From positions 2,048,001 through 2,112,000 of the forward strand of contig CBDFLJ010000002.1 in the NCBI GenBank assembly GCA_965248835.1: a stretch of 64,000 bases of DNA, written 5' to 3'. Position numbers and translations under genes: made by a program. This DNA is from Alphaproteobacteria bacterium. Its GTDB lineage: Bacteria; Pseudomonadota; Alphaproteobacteria; MPNO01. Shown in pieces: positions 39,163-48,234 of the stretch. Within the stretch, counting starts at the first letter, position 1, and each line of letters begins with the position of its first letter. A model generated the notes under the pieces. The model was not told where the DNA came from and did not search any database. It was given only the letters and a program-made list of their open reading frames with translations.

Positions 39163-40049
39163 GCGCTCTCTCCATGGCGCGCGATCAGGGCGCGCATCGC
39201 ATCGGCCGCGGCCACGCCCTTGCGGGCCCGGCGCCAGAGATCCTCGACGGTCTTATCGTGCAGCGCCAGCGCCTCGGGCGCCGAGGTGATCATCGCAACG
39301 CCGGCGTGGATGTTGGGCTGCTCGCCCAGCCGGAAGGGGCTGAGCGCGAGCACCCGCCGGTCGGGCTGCCGGAAGATCTGGAAGCTGGTCGGCGGCAGGG
39401 TGCTCGGCACCAGGCCGATCTGGATGCCGATCGGCTGCGTGTCCATCAGCGAGACGAAATGTAGCGCCTCCGCCCGGGCGATCGCCAGCCGTTCACGCAC
39501 CACCGCGCCCGGCAGGTCGAGCCGACCGACCAGGCCGTTGCGCAGGAAGCGGCCCATCTCGGCCTCGGAGATCAGGTTGAGCACGCCGGGCCGGCGCGTG
39601 CGGTAGGCTTGCTTGCGTCCGTGCAGGATCTCCATCAGCTCGCCCACCAGGGCCAGCGCGCCGGCCCGGTCCTCCGCCCCATCGGGGATGCTTTCCGAAA
39701 GCACCGCCTCCAGGGTGTCCAGGAAGGCATCCGATGCCAGCAGGAACGAAATCGGCCCGGCCAGCACCACGATATGCTCGGACGTCTCCTCGATCTGGCG
39801 CAGCCGCTCGAAATAGCTGACGGCCGAGCCGATATATTCGACGCCGACGCCCAGGAGCGTCGGCACCGAGACCGCGAGCAGTTCGGCCAGCCGCTCCAGC
39901 GCCTCGATCTTTGCGACCTCGCCCTTCTCGAAGCGGTAGAGCGCGGTCCGCGAAATACCGATCCTTGCCGCCACCTCGTCCGCGCTCAGCCCCGAGCCCA
40001 GCCGGAAGGCGCGCAGCCGGTCCCCGATCTCGGCAAAGCGAATGCTCAT
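39159..40049 (-). CDS. XRE-family HTH regulator with a large C-terminal domain
   Basis: IGDRLRAFRLGSGLSADEVAARIGISRTALYRFEKG; ATGA overlaps at both ends. Confidence 0.88.
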   Translation of the reverse strand: MSIRFAEIGDRLRAFRLGSGLSADEVAARIGISRTALYRFEKGEVAKIEALERLAELLAVSVPTLLGVGVEYIGSAVSYFERLRQIEETSEHIVVLAGPISFLLASDAFLDTLEAVLSESIPDGAEDRAGALALVGELMEILHGRKQAYRTRRPGVLNLISEAEMGRFLRNGLVGRLDLPGAVVRERLAIARAEALHFVSLMDTQPIGIQIGLVPSTLPPTSFQIFRQPDRRVLALSPFRLGEQPNIHAGVAMITSAPEALALHDKTVEDLWRRARKGVAAADAMRALIARHGESA

Positions 40050-42340
40050 CCGGACAGCATAGCCACGATGTCGGCCGGCGAAACCGGGGCGGAAGATAAG
40101 CGGACGCCGCGGGCCGAGAGCGCGTCCTCGATAGCCGAGACGATGGCCGCTGCCGTCGGCACGACGCCGCATTCGCCGACACCCTTGACCCCGATGGGGT
40201 TGAGCGGGCTCGGCGATTCCTGGTGGACGGTGGCGATGCGCGGCATTTCCGGAGCGGAGACCAGCAGATACTCGGCCAGGCTCGTGGTCAAAGGCTGGGC
40301 CTCGTCGTCGAAGCCCATCCATTCGAACAGCGCGTTGCCCACCGCGTGCGCCGCGCCGCCGACGATCTGGCCCTCGACGATAGCCGGGTTGACGATGCGC
40401 CCGCAATCATGCGCCAGCACGAGGTTGAGCAGCCTCACGCCGCCGGTTTCGGGGTCGACCTCGAGCTCGGCCACCGCGGTCCCGTTGGCGAACGGCATGT
40501 CGTCGAGCACCAGGGCCTCGGTGGCGGCGAGCTCCGGCGCGATCCCGGCGGGCAGCGAGAAGCCGGGCGTGCCGGCGACCATCTCCGCAAGATGGCCGAG
40601 GGCGACAGAGATGTCCGGGGCGCCGCGCACCCGCACGTGTCCATCTGCGATCTCCAGATCCTCCGGCGCGGCTTCCAGGACGTGCGCCGCGATCGCCAGC
40701 GCCTTGTCGCGCACGCGGCGGGCCGCCTGGAACGCCGAGCTGCCGGCAGTCACCGCCTGGCGGCTGTTGAACCCGCCGATGCCGAGCGCGATCGCTGCCG
40801 TATCGCCGCTGGTGACCGCGATGTCAGACGGTCTGGCGCCGAGTTCGGCCGCGACCAGGCTGGCAAGCAGGGTCTCGATCCCCTGCCCCATCGCCGCGGC
40901 CCCGGTCGCGACCTCGATACGGCCCGAGGCGTCTATCCTGACGCTTGCCGATTCGAAGGGACCGCGCCCGGTGCCCTTGACGAAGTTGGCCACCCCGATG
41001 CCGCGCAGCCCGCCGGTTGCGGCAGCGCGGCGGCTCGGGAAGCCGTCCCAATCCGCCGCCGCGAGCGCCGCGGCCTGACAGGCCGGGTAGTCGCCGCTGT
41101 CGAGCACGACCGGCTTGCCGGCGCGGTTCTTGAGCGGGCGCGTGCACGGCATCCGTTCGGGCCCGATCAGGTTGCGCCGGCGGATCTCGTCGCGGCCGAG
41201 CCCGAGCATCCGGGCCGACCGGTCGAGCAGGCGCTCCATCACGAACACCGCTTGAGGATGGCCCGCACCACGGACCGGAGTGGCCGGCACCTTGTTGGTG
41301 AGCACCGCACGTGCACGCACGGCATAGGCCGGCACGTCGTACGGCAAGGTCACCGTGAGCGCGGATTCGTAAGGCAGGTTGACCCCGCGCGCGGTGTAGG
41401 CGCCGTGGTCATGGGTGAGAGTGCCGCGAATGCCGCGGATCCGACCATCGGAGTCGAAGGCCGCCTCGAGCTCCCAATGCTGGTCGCGCTCCTGGGTGGC
41501 GGCGACGAAATGCTCGCGCCGATCCTCGATCCACTTGACCGGTGCCCCGACGATCAGGGCGGCGAGCGCGACCACGATCTCCTCGGGGTAGGTGACCAGC
41601 TTGGGGCCGAACCCGCCGCCGACCGCCGGTGTGGCCACCCGCACCGCGCTTTCCGGCCAGCCCAGCATGCCGGCCAGCACCTTGCGCCCGGCATGCGGGG
41701 TCTGGGTCGAGCTCCACAGGCTCAGCCGGTCCTCGAGCGGGTCGACCTGCGCCACCGCGCCGCGACCCTCGATCGAATGCCCGCCGCCGCGATGGATCGA
41801 GAACGACTCGGCGACGACAAGGGGCGCGCCGGCAAATGCGGCTTCGATGTCGCCGAAGCCCGTCTCGAGCTCGGCCAACAGGTTGTGCGGCGCATCGCGA
41901 TGGACCGTCGGGGCGCCAGCGGCCATCGCATCGCGGCAGTCGGCGACCACCGGCAGCGGCCGGTAATCGACTTCGACAAACGGCACCGCATCCTCGGCGC
42001 GATAGCGGCTGTCGGCGATCACCATCGCCACCGGCTCGCCGACATGGACGACCTCGCCGGCGGCAAGCACCGGGCGGTCGCGCATCTGCTGGTAGGCCGG
42101 GCTCGGCAGCCCGACCACCAGCCGCTCGGCGGCAAGATGCGGGCGCAGGTCATCGATCGTCAGCACCGCGCGAACGCCGGGGCGGCCAAGCGCGGCGTCC
42201 TTTTCGATGCCGGCGACCGCGGCATGGGCGTAAGCGCTGCGCACGAAGGCCGCATGCAGCATGCCCGGCAGATGAATGTCGTCGACGAAGCGGGCCCGGC
42301 CGCGCAACAGCCGGGGGTCCTCGACCCGCGCCTCAGCCAC
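40046..42340 (-). CDS. Xanthine dehydrogenase family molybdopterin-binding large subunit (CoxL-like, not a form I CODH)
   Basis: RVEDPRLLRG, VGGGFGPK, PVKWIEDRRE, TPVRGAGHPQ, DSGDYP, MGQG, HDCG..VNP..VEGQ..GG, KGVGE. Confidence 0.92.
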   Translation of the reverse strand: MAEARVEDPRLLRGRARFVDDIHLPGMLHAAFVRSAYAHAAVAGIEKDAALGRPGVRAVLTIDDLRPHLAAERLVVGLPSPAYQQMRDRPVLAAGEVVHVGEPVAMVIADSRYRAEDAVPFVEVDYRPLPVVADCRDAMAAGAPTVHRDAPHNLLAELETGFGDIEAAFAGAPLVVAESFSIHRGGGHSIEGRGAVAQVDPLEDRLSLWSSTQTPHAGRKVLAGMLGWPESAVRVATPAVGGGFGPKLVTYPEEIVVALAALIVGAPVKWIEDRREHFVAATQERDQHWELEAAFDSDGRIRGIRGTLTHDHGAYTARGVNLPYESALTVTLPYDVPAYAVRARAVLTNKVPATPVRGAGHPQAVFVMERLLDRSARMLGLGRDEIRRRNLIGPERMPCTRPLKNRAGKPVVLDSGDYPACQAAALAAADWDGFPSRRAAATGGLRGIGVANFVKGTGRGPFESASVRIDASGRIEVATGAAAMGQGIETLLASLVAAELGARPSDIAVTSGDTAAIALGIGGFNSRQAVTAGSSAFQAARRVRDKALAIAAHVLEAAPEDLEIADGHVRVRGAPDISVALGHLAEMVAGTPGFSLPAGIAPELAATEALVLDDMPFANGTAVAELEVDPETGGVRLLNLVLAHDCGRIVNPAIVEGQIVGGAAHAVGNALFEWMGFDDEAQPLTTSLAEYLLVSAPEMPRIATVHQESPSPLNPIGVKGVGECGVVPTAAAIVSAIEDALSARGVRLSSAPVSPADIVAMLSG

Positions 42341-42878
42341 CGTGTTCGGGCGGTAGCGCGAGGGTGCCGAAGAAGATCTGCATCCCGTAGTGGAAGGCGA
42401 TGAAGGCGCCGAGATCCATGATCCCGGCCTCGCTGTAGTGGGTCTTGCCTTCCTCGTAGAACGCCTTGTCGACCCGCTTGGGCTCGCGGAACATCAGCCA
42501 GGCGTAGCGCAGCGCCCATTTCTCCGCCGGCGAGAACCGCAGATCGGTCTCGAAATCGCCGCAGCCGGCTTCGATCATGTCCTCGGTGAGCCCCGCCTCC
42601 TGGGCGCGCTTGGACCGCAAAGCGGAAAAATAGGGATCGTTCGCGAGCCGGGCGAGCTGGATGCGGATAATCTCCTTCAGCCGGTGGTCGAGGTTGCCGC
42701 CGGCATGCGAGCGCTCCAGCGCATCGTGCAGCGTCTCGGCATAGCCCGGCACATGGGCGAGCAGCCGAACAAACCGACTGTCGGGCACGCCGGCCTCCTC
42801 GGAGCGGGCGATCAGGGCCTGGAGCGTCTCGTCCCCGATCGCCTCGCGGGGCACCGGCTTGATCACGGCGCGGCCCAC
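42333..42878 (-). CDS. AhpD/CMD-like protein lacking the redox CxxC (DPYF)
   Basis: LDHRLKEIIRIQLARLANDPYFSALRS...GLTEDMI...FSPAEK; clear paralog of the upstream gene. Confidence 0.85.
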   Translation of the reverse strand: MGRAVIKPVPREAIGDETLQALIARSEEAGVPDSRFVRLLAHVPGYAETLHDALERSHAGGNLDHRLKEIIRIQLARLANDPYFSALRSKRAQEAGLTEDMIEAGCGDFETDLRFSPAEKWALRYAWLMFREPKRVDKAFYEEGKTHYSEAGIMDLGAFIAFHYGMQIFFGTLALPPEHGG

Positions 42879-42882
42879 CGCC

Positions 42883-43530
42883 CTACTCCGCAGCCGGCGC
42901 GAGGCCGGCGCGCCGGGCCGCCCCCTTCAGGTGCGAGACCGGGCTGTCGCCGTAGATCCGCCGCGACTCCGCCTGATCGACCAGTCGGCCGTCCGGGGTG
43001 AACATCGGGAAGAAATCGAGCGTGCCGAAGAAGGTGTGGAAGCCGATGTTGAAACCGACGAAGGCCCCGAGCTCGACGATCTCCGCGACCGTGTAGTGCT
43101 CTGCGAGTTCCTCGTAGAACGCCGCATCGATCTTCTCGGGCGCGGTGGCCATAAGCTCGCTATAGAGAAGGGCGATCTTCTCGGCCGGCGTGAAGCGCTG
43201 CGAGCCGGCATGGTTGTCGATGCCCTCGTCGATCAGATCTTCCGTGAGGCCCTGCTGCTTCGCCGAAGCAGACCGGACATTGCCTCAATAGTTGCAATCG
43301 GCCATCCGCGAGAGTTGCACGCGAATGACCTCCTTGAGCTTGTGATCGATCTGCCCGGTGTTGAAAACCGCCCCCCAGGCCAGGTACATCGCGCGCGAAA
43401 GATCCGGGTTATGACCCATCATCGCATGAAACGCGGGATCCGGCGCCTTGTGCCGCAACGCCTTGTTAATCAGCGGTTTCAGGCTGGTCTTCTTGAGATC
43501 GTCGATGTCGAGCATCGAAATGTTGGGCAT
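42883..43530 (-). CDS. AhpD/CMD-like putative selenoprotein (CxxU, Sec at codon 82, 215 aa)
   Basis: Track ORFs 43285..43554 and 42883..43152 are one frame separated only by TGA: RMADCNY-U-GNVRSASAKQQGLTEDL; downstream hairpin; final stop TAG. Confidence 0.85.
43246..43287 (-). promoter_or_regulatory. Candidate bacterial SECIS element
   Basis: UGA+13 nt, then CTGCTTC-GGC-GAAGCAG; possible lower stem GAGGC/GCCTC. Confidence 0.6.
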
Positions 43531-43590
43531 AGCCGGATTGCTCCCGAAGCGCATGTACTCATCAGGATGCCAATGACATCATGCGCGGTC

Positions 43591-43626
43591 AATATAAGCA
43601 GGCGGTTCTGCTGTTTGAAACGGCAG
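43591..43626 (-). promoter_or_regulatory. Candidate promoter (TTCAAA-17-TATATT) overlapped by the palindrome CTGCTGTTTGAAACGGCAG
   Basis: Dyad at 43608-43626 with 8 of 9 arm positions matching, covering the putative -35. Confidence 0.45.
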
Positions 43627-43850
43627 TTCAATTTTCGACTCGACGGCTCGCGAGAGTTTCTCGATCTCCACACGATAGCCGGGCCGATCACGGGCCGCGA
43701 TCACGGCGCCGGCGCAGCGACCGGGAATGGAAGCATGCTCGACCTGCCCGGAGACGTTCGAATCTTGACTCGGATCGAGGACACCGGTGATCTTCTTATC
43801 GGAGGCGAGGTTGAACTCGCCGTCGGCTTTCCAACCAGACGAGGCGGGAC

Positions 43851-45203
43851 ATGGCAGACTCTCATCCGCAATACTGGGCGGGTCCGATCGAGACCGCGAG
43901 CCGCGAGGAACTGCGCGCCTGGCAGGAGGAGCGGCTCGCTCCCCTGGTCGATTGGCTGGGCGAACGCTGCCCTTACTGGCGACGGAAATTCGGCGAGATC
44001 GGCATCGCGCCCGGCGACGTCAGGACGCTCGAGGACCTCGCCGCCCTGCCCCACGTCACCAAGGCGATCTATGCCGAGAACATGGACGCCAACCCGCCCT
44101 ACGGCGACTTCCTGTGCTATCCGGAAGAGGAGGTCCACCGCATGGGTGCGATCGTCTTCCGGACGACCGGGACGACCGGTCGGCAGCGCTGGTTCATCAA
44201 CACGCATGAGGGCTACCAGCATTTCGGCAACCAGGGACTCCGCTGCCTGTGGTGCGCCGGCATCCGCCCCGGCGAAATGGTGATGTCGATCCTGCCGCTG
44301 TCGCTGTGGTCGGCCGGCTGGGGGTTCTATTACGGATGCCGCAAGGCCGGCATGACCTACCTGTCGGCGGGGCCGCCCTACGACACGCGCATGCGGCTCG
44401 ATCTGATCGGCGACTACCGCCCGGCGGCGATCTGCCTGACCCCGTCCTACGCGCTGACGCTGGCAAGCGCCGCGCAGGAGAACGGGATCGACATCAAGAA
44501 CGCCGGCGTCCGCGCGCTGATCATGGGCGGCGAGCCGTTCCCCGAGTCGCGTCGGCGCAAGATCGAGGAGGCCTGGGGCATCCCCGGCGGGGCGCGGGAT
44601 TTTTCCGGCATCACCGAGGGCGGGCCGCTCTACATGGGCTCGGAGTGCGATGCCCAACAGGGCGAGCACCTCTACGAGGACGAGGCGATCTTCGAGTTCG
44701 TCGAGATCGGCGGAACCAAACCGGTCGGGCCGGGTGAGCTGGGCGAGTTGGTCTTCACCGCGCTGAACCAGCGGGTGATGGGCACCAGCTTCCATTACCG
44801 CACCGGCGATATCGTCCGCTATAGAGAGGAACCGTGCTCCTGTGGCCGCACCCATCGGCGGATCAACGGCATCGAGGGGCGGGTCGACGACATGGTCAAG
44901 GTGCGCGGCGTGAATATCTTCCCTTCGGCGATCGAAGAGATCATCCGCCAGATCCCGAGCCTCGCCGACGACTTCATGCTGGTGCTCGAACGCGGCACGG
45001 CCGGCGACGAGGTGACGGTCGAGGTCGAGCCGGCCTCGGGTCTGGAGACCGGCAGCTACGCCGATGCAGGCGGCGCGCTCGAGGCCGAACTGCGCCGGGC
45101 GATGGCGATCCGCATCCCGGTGCGCATCGCCGAGCCCGGCTCGTTGCCCCGGTTCGAGCTCAAGGCCCAGCGCTGGATCGACCGCCGACCGGACGAGGGT
45201 TAG
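43851..45203 (+). CDS. Phenylacetate-CoA ligase family protein (PaaK-like)
   Basis: RTTGTTG, TPSYA, GGEP, GELVFT, YRTGD, GRVDDMVKVRGVNIFPS. Confidence 0.88.
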   Translation: MADSHPQYWAGPIETASREELRAWQEERLAPLVDWLGERCPYWRRKFGEIGIAPGDVRTLEDLAALPHVTKAIYAENMDANPPYGDFLCYPEEEVHRMGAIVFRTTGTTGRQRWFINTHEGYQHFGNQGLRCLWCAGIRPGEMVMSILPLSLWSAGWGFYYGCRKAGMTYLSAGPPYDTRMRLDLIGDYRPAAICLTPSYALTLASAAQENGIDIKNAGVRALIMGGEPFPESRRRKIEEAWGIPGGARDFSGITEGGPLYMGSECDAQQGEHLYEDEAIFEFVEIGGTKPVGPGELGELVFTALNQRVMGTSFHYRTGDIVRYREEPCSCGRTHRRINGIEGRVDDMVKVRGVNIFPSAIEEIIRQIPSLADDFMLVLERGTAGDEVTVEVEPASGLETGSYADAGGALEAELRRAMAIRIPVRIAEPGSLPRFELKAQRWIDRRPDEG

Positions 45204-45213
45204 GCGGGCCGGC

Positions 45214-45990
45214 CTACCAACCGGCGCCCTCGGGCAGGCGCAAACCCGTCGCGCGGACCTCCGCGGGCGTCGGTGCTCGCAGCTTCAGCCGGTCCATAAC
45301 CGGCATCACGTTGCCCAGCCAGATCGGAAGCTGGTCCTCGCTGTCTTCCTTCTTGAGTCCGTAATAGTGGAATTTCTGCTGCTTTTCGCTGCGCGGATTG
45401 CCCAGCAGGCGGATCGACTTGGCGAACCACTCATCGACGCTTTCCTGGACCCTTGCCCGCGCCTGGCCTCCGTTGTCTTCGATGTGCCGGATCAGATGGA
45501 CCGGCCCCCCCTCGGCATGCTCCTCCTCCTCGGCGATGATGGCCTGGTTGGCGTCGGCATAGGGCGCATAGCTCGAATCGCGCATCGACCACAGGAACAA
45601 CCGGCCGCTCTCCTCGGCAAGCCAGTTGAACACCAGCACGTCCTCCCAATTGCGCGGGAAGTCCGCGGCGCCGTAAAAGTCCGCCGCGAACGGCCGGTCG
45701 TGGTTCCTGAACAGGCTGTAGTCCAGCCCGATACCGGGAAGGATGCCGGCAATGACCTGGCAGTGCTCGGATTCCTCCTCCGCCAAGTGGGCGCAGTAGA
45801 GCACCTTGTCAGGCCCTTCCCGATAGAAATGGGAAGCCGCCTTGGCGAAGATGCACGCTGCGGACAACTCTTCCAGGAGCTGGCGAGAGACCACCCAGCG
45901 GAGCAGGTCCTTGTACTCCTGCGGCGTGGTCTCGAACGTCTCTTCGGTGATCTCCCGCGGGACGTAAATCGGCGTGACCATGTCGGACAT
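45214..45990 (-). CDS. PaaA/PaaC/BoxB-like ferritin-fold diiron protein
   Basis: EEESEH and EEEEH motifs, DSSYAPYA, VDEWF, YGLK; GGAGG RBS. Confidence 0.75.
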   Translation of the reverse strand: MSDMVTPIYVPREITEETFETTPQEYKDLLRWVVSRQLLEELSAACIFAKAASHFYREGPDKVLYCAHLAEEESEHCQVIAGILPGIGLDYSLFRNHDRPFAADFYGAADFPRNWEDVLVFNWLAEESGRLFLWSMRDSSYAPYADANQAIIAEEEEHAEGGPVHLIRHIEDNGGQARARVQESVDEWFAKSIRLLGNPRSEKQQKFHYYGLKKEDSEDQLPIWLGNVMPVMDRLKLRAPTPAEVRATGLRLPEGAGW

Positions 45991-46133
45991 CGAAACCTCC
46001 TGCGCCGCGGATGATCGACGTTTTCCGTCCGATTCCGCTTGTGAAATATTGCCCGATGCATTTCATTCCACCTGCCGGAGCGCTGTCAACGAACGCGAGG
46101 GACTTGCAAGCACCCGGCCCGGGAGGCTACGCG

Positions 46134-47324
46134 ATGACAGATCAGACACCGGAGCATGAAAGCGCGCGGGCGGGGGCGTTGCGGGACCGTGCGCTGTCAC
46201 TCGTCCCGGTTCTGGCCGAGCGGGCCGCGGCGTGCGAACGGCAGCGCCAGCTCCTGCCCGAGACGATCGCGGATCTCAAGGCCAACGGCTTGCACAAGCT
46301 CTGCCAGCGGGCGCGCTTCGGCGGTACCGAGCTTCCGCTCGACAAGGCCGCCGACATCATCTCGGTGTTGGCGCGCGGCTGCTCGTCCACTGCCTGGGTG
46401 TGTGCGATCTACTGCGATCATTCGATCCTGCTCGGCCGGTTCGACGATGCGGCGGCCGACGATGTCTGGGCCGAATCGCCCGATGCTCTGGTATCGGCCG
46501 GGTTCATCCCCTCCGGCACCGCCGAGCGCACCAGCGAGGGCTGGCGGGTGTCCGGCACCTGGGACTTCTCCAGCGGCTGCGACTATGCGGACTGGCTCCT
46601 GGTCGGAAGCCCGCTGCCGACGCAGGACGGCGAGATCCAGCCCAGCCTCTGCCTGGTGCCGCGGAGCGAGGTCGAGATCGACGACAACTGGTACGCGATG
46701 GGGCTGGCCGGGACCGGCAGCAAGAACCTCGTCATCGAGAGCACCATCGTGCCGGAATACCGCACGCTGCCGCTGTGGAAGGTGGGCGGCGGCGCGGCCG
46801 GGGGCGGGCGCGCCGACGTGCCGCCGCTCTATCGGCTGCCCCACTTTCCGACCGTGCCGTTCCTGTTCCTGTCGACCGGTCTCGGGGTCGCCGAGAGCTT
46901 GCTCGAGGCGACGATCGCCGAGCTCGGCGAGCGCACCTCGCGGCTCGGCGACAAGATCTCGCAGATGCAGTCCATCCAGCTCCGCATCGCGGAGTCCGCC
47001 GCGGAGATCGACTGCGCCCGCATGCTGATCATGCGCGGCTGCGGCGAAGCGATGGCGGCGATGCGCGCCGACAGGGCCTTCAGCATCGACCAGAGGGCAC
47101 GGAACCGGCGCGATCAGGCCTATGCCGGCAGGCTGTGCCGCCGCGCGGTCGATCGCCTGTTCGAATCCCTCGGCGGGCACGGGCTTTATGCCGACAACGC
47201 CTCGCAACGGAAGTTCCGCGACATGTACGCGGTCAACGGCCACATTTCCGGCAACTGGGATATCGCCGGCACGACCTACGGCCGCATCGCCTTCGGCCTC
47301 GACCCGGAAACCATCTTCATCTGA
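46134..47324 (+). CDS. Two-component flavin-dependent monooxygenase, oxygenase subunit (acyl-CoA dehydrogenase fold, HsaA-like)
   Basis: GCSSTAWV, SGTWDFSSGCD, DNWYAMGLAGTGS, QRKFRD. Confidence 0.88.
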   Translation: MTDQTPEHESARAGALRDRALSLVPVLAERAAACERQRQLLPETIADLKANGLHKLCQRARFGGTELPLDKAADIISVLARGCSSTAWVCAIYCDHSILLGRFDDAAADDVWAESPDALVSAGFIPSGTAERTSEGWRVSGTWDFSSGCDYADWLLVGSPLPTQDGEIQPSLCLVPRSEVEIDDNWYAMGLAGTGSKNLVIESTIVPEYRTLPLWKVGGGAAGGGRADVPPLYRLPHFPTVPFLFLSTGLGVAESLLEATIAELGERTSRLGDKISQMQSIQLRIAESAAEIDCARMLIMRGCGEAMAAMRADRAFSIDQRARNRRDQAYAGRLCRRAVDRLFESLGGHGLYADNASQRKFRDMYAVNGHISGNWDIAGTTYGRIAFGLDPETIFI

Positions 47325-47361
47325 GAACGAAAAAGAACATCGTGCCTGTTTGTTCTCTGTA

Positions 47362-48105
47362 TCAGATCTGTGCGTGACCGCCGTCGACCATCAGCTCCGA
47401 GCCGGCCATGAAGCGTGAATCCGACGAGGCGAGGAAGACCGCGGCGCGCGCGATCTCGCTCGGATCGCCGAAACGCTTCATCGGCACGTCGGCGAGCAAG
47501 ATCTGATCGCGGTTCTCCAGGACCTCCCGCGGCAGTCCCATCTTCTCGAAGATCGGCGTTTCGACCGGGCCGGGGCTGAGCACGTTGACCCGGATCCCGC
47601 GTGGCACCAGGGCGGCGCACAGCGTCCGGCCGAGCGACCGGATCGCGGCCTTGGTCGCGGCGTAGACCGCCTGCTCGGCGACTCCCAGATGCCCGAGAGC
47701 CGAGGACAGAAGGATGACGGAGCCGCCGTCCTTCAGATACGGCAGCGCCTTCTGCACGGTGAAGAAGGTGCCCTTGAAGTTGGTCTCCGACATGGCTGCG
47801 AACGTCGCCTCGTCGACGTCCTCGAACGGACGGGCCAGCGAGATGCCGGCGTTGGCGACGACGACGTCGATCCGCCCGAAATGGTCGTGGGCATCGTGAA
47901 ACAGCCGCTCGAGATCGGACACCGCGCGGACATCGCCCGAGACCGCGAGGCTTTTCGGAAGCTCCGCCCGCGCCGCCTCGAGCGCCGCCGCGTCGCGCCC
48001 GAAGATCGCCACCTGGGCGCCTTCGACCGTGAACGCTCCGGCGATCGCACGCCCGATGCCGCTGGAGCCGCCGGTTACCACGGCCACGAGCCCTTCGAGC
48101 CTCAT
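47362..48105 (-). CDS. SDR family oxidoreductase
   Basis: TGGSSGIG, ANAG, YAATK, SPGPVETP. Confidence 0.92.
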   Translation of the reverse strand: MRLEGLVAVVTGGSSGIGRAIAGAFTVEGAQVAIFGRDAAALEAARAELPKSLAVSGDVRAVSDLERLFHDAHDHFGRIDVVVANAGISLARPFEDVDEATFAAMSETNFKGTFFTVQKALPYLKDGGSVILLSSALGHLGVAEQAVYAATKAAIRSLGRTLCAALVPRGIRVNVLSPGPVETPIFEKMGLPREVLENRDQILLADVPMKRFGDPSEIARAAVFLASSDSRFMAGSELMVDGGHAQI

Positions 48106-48234
48106 CGTATCCCTCCGTCCGACAATTGCGGCCTCGATGCATCAATCCCAAGACCTTGGCGTCTTGGACGGCAGCCGCAGGTCAAAAGCATGTTCCAATC
48201 GGATCGAACCCGTCCAGTTCGTTCAGAACATGCT

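Noticed and set aside
40046-42340. Aerobic CO dehydrogenase CoxL
   Set aside because: The active-site loop is PVRGAGH, not the form I AYxCSFR, and coxS/coxM are absent.
46042-46065. TGAAAT-N12-ATTTCA dyad in a divergent promoter
   Set aside because: Short 6-bp arms, a single occurrence and no adjacent regulator; too weak to call.
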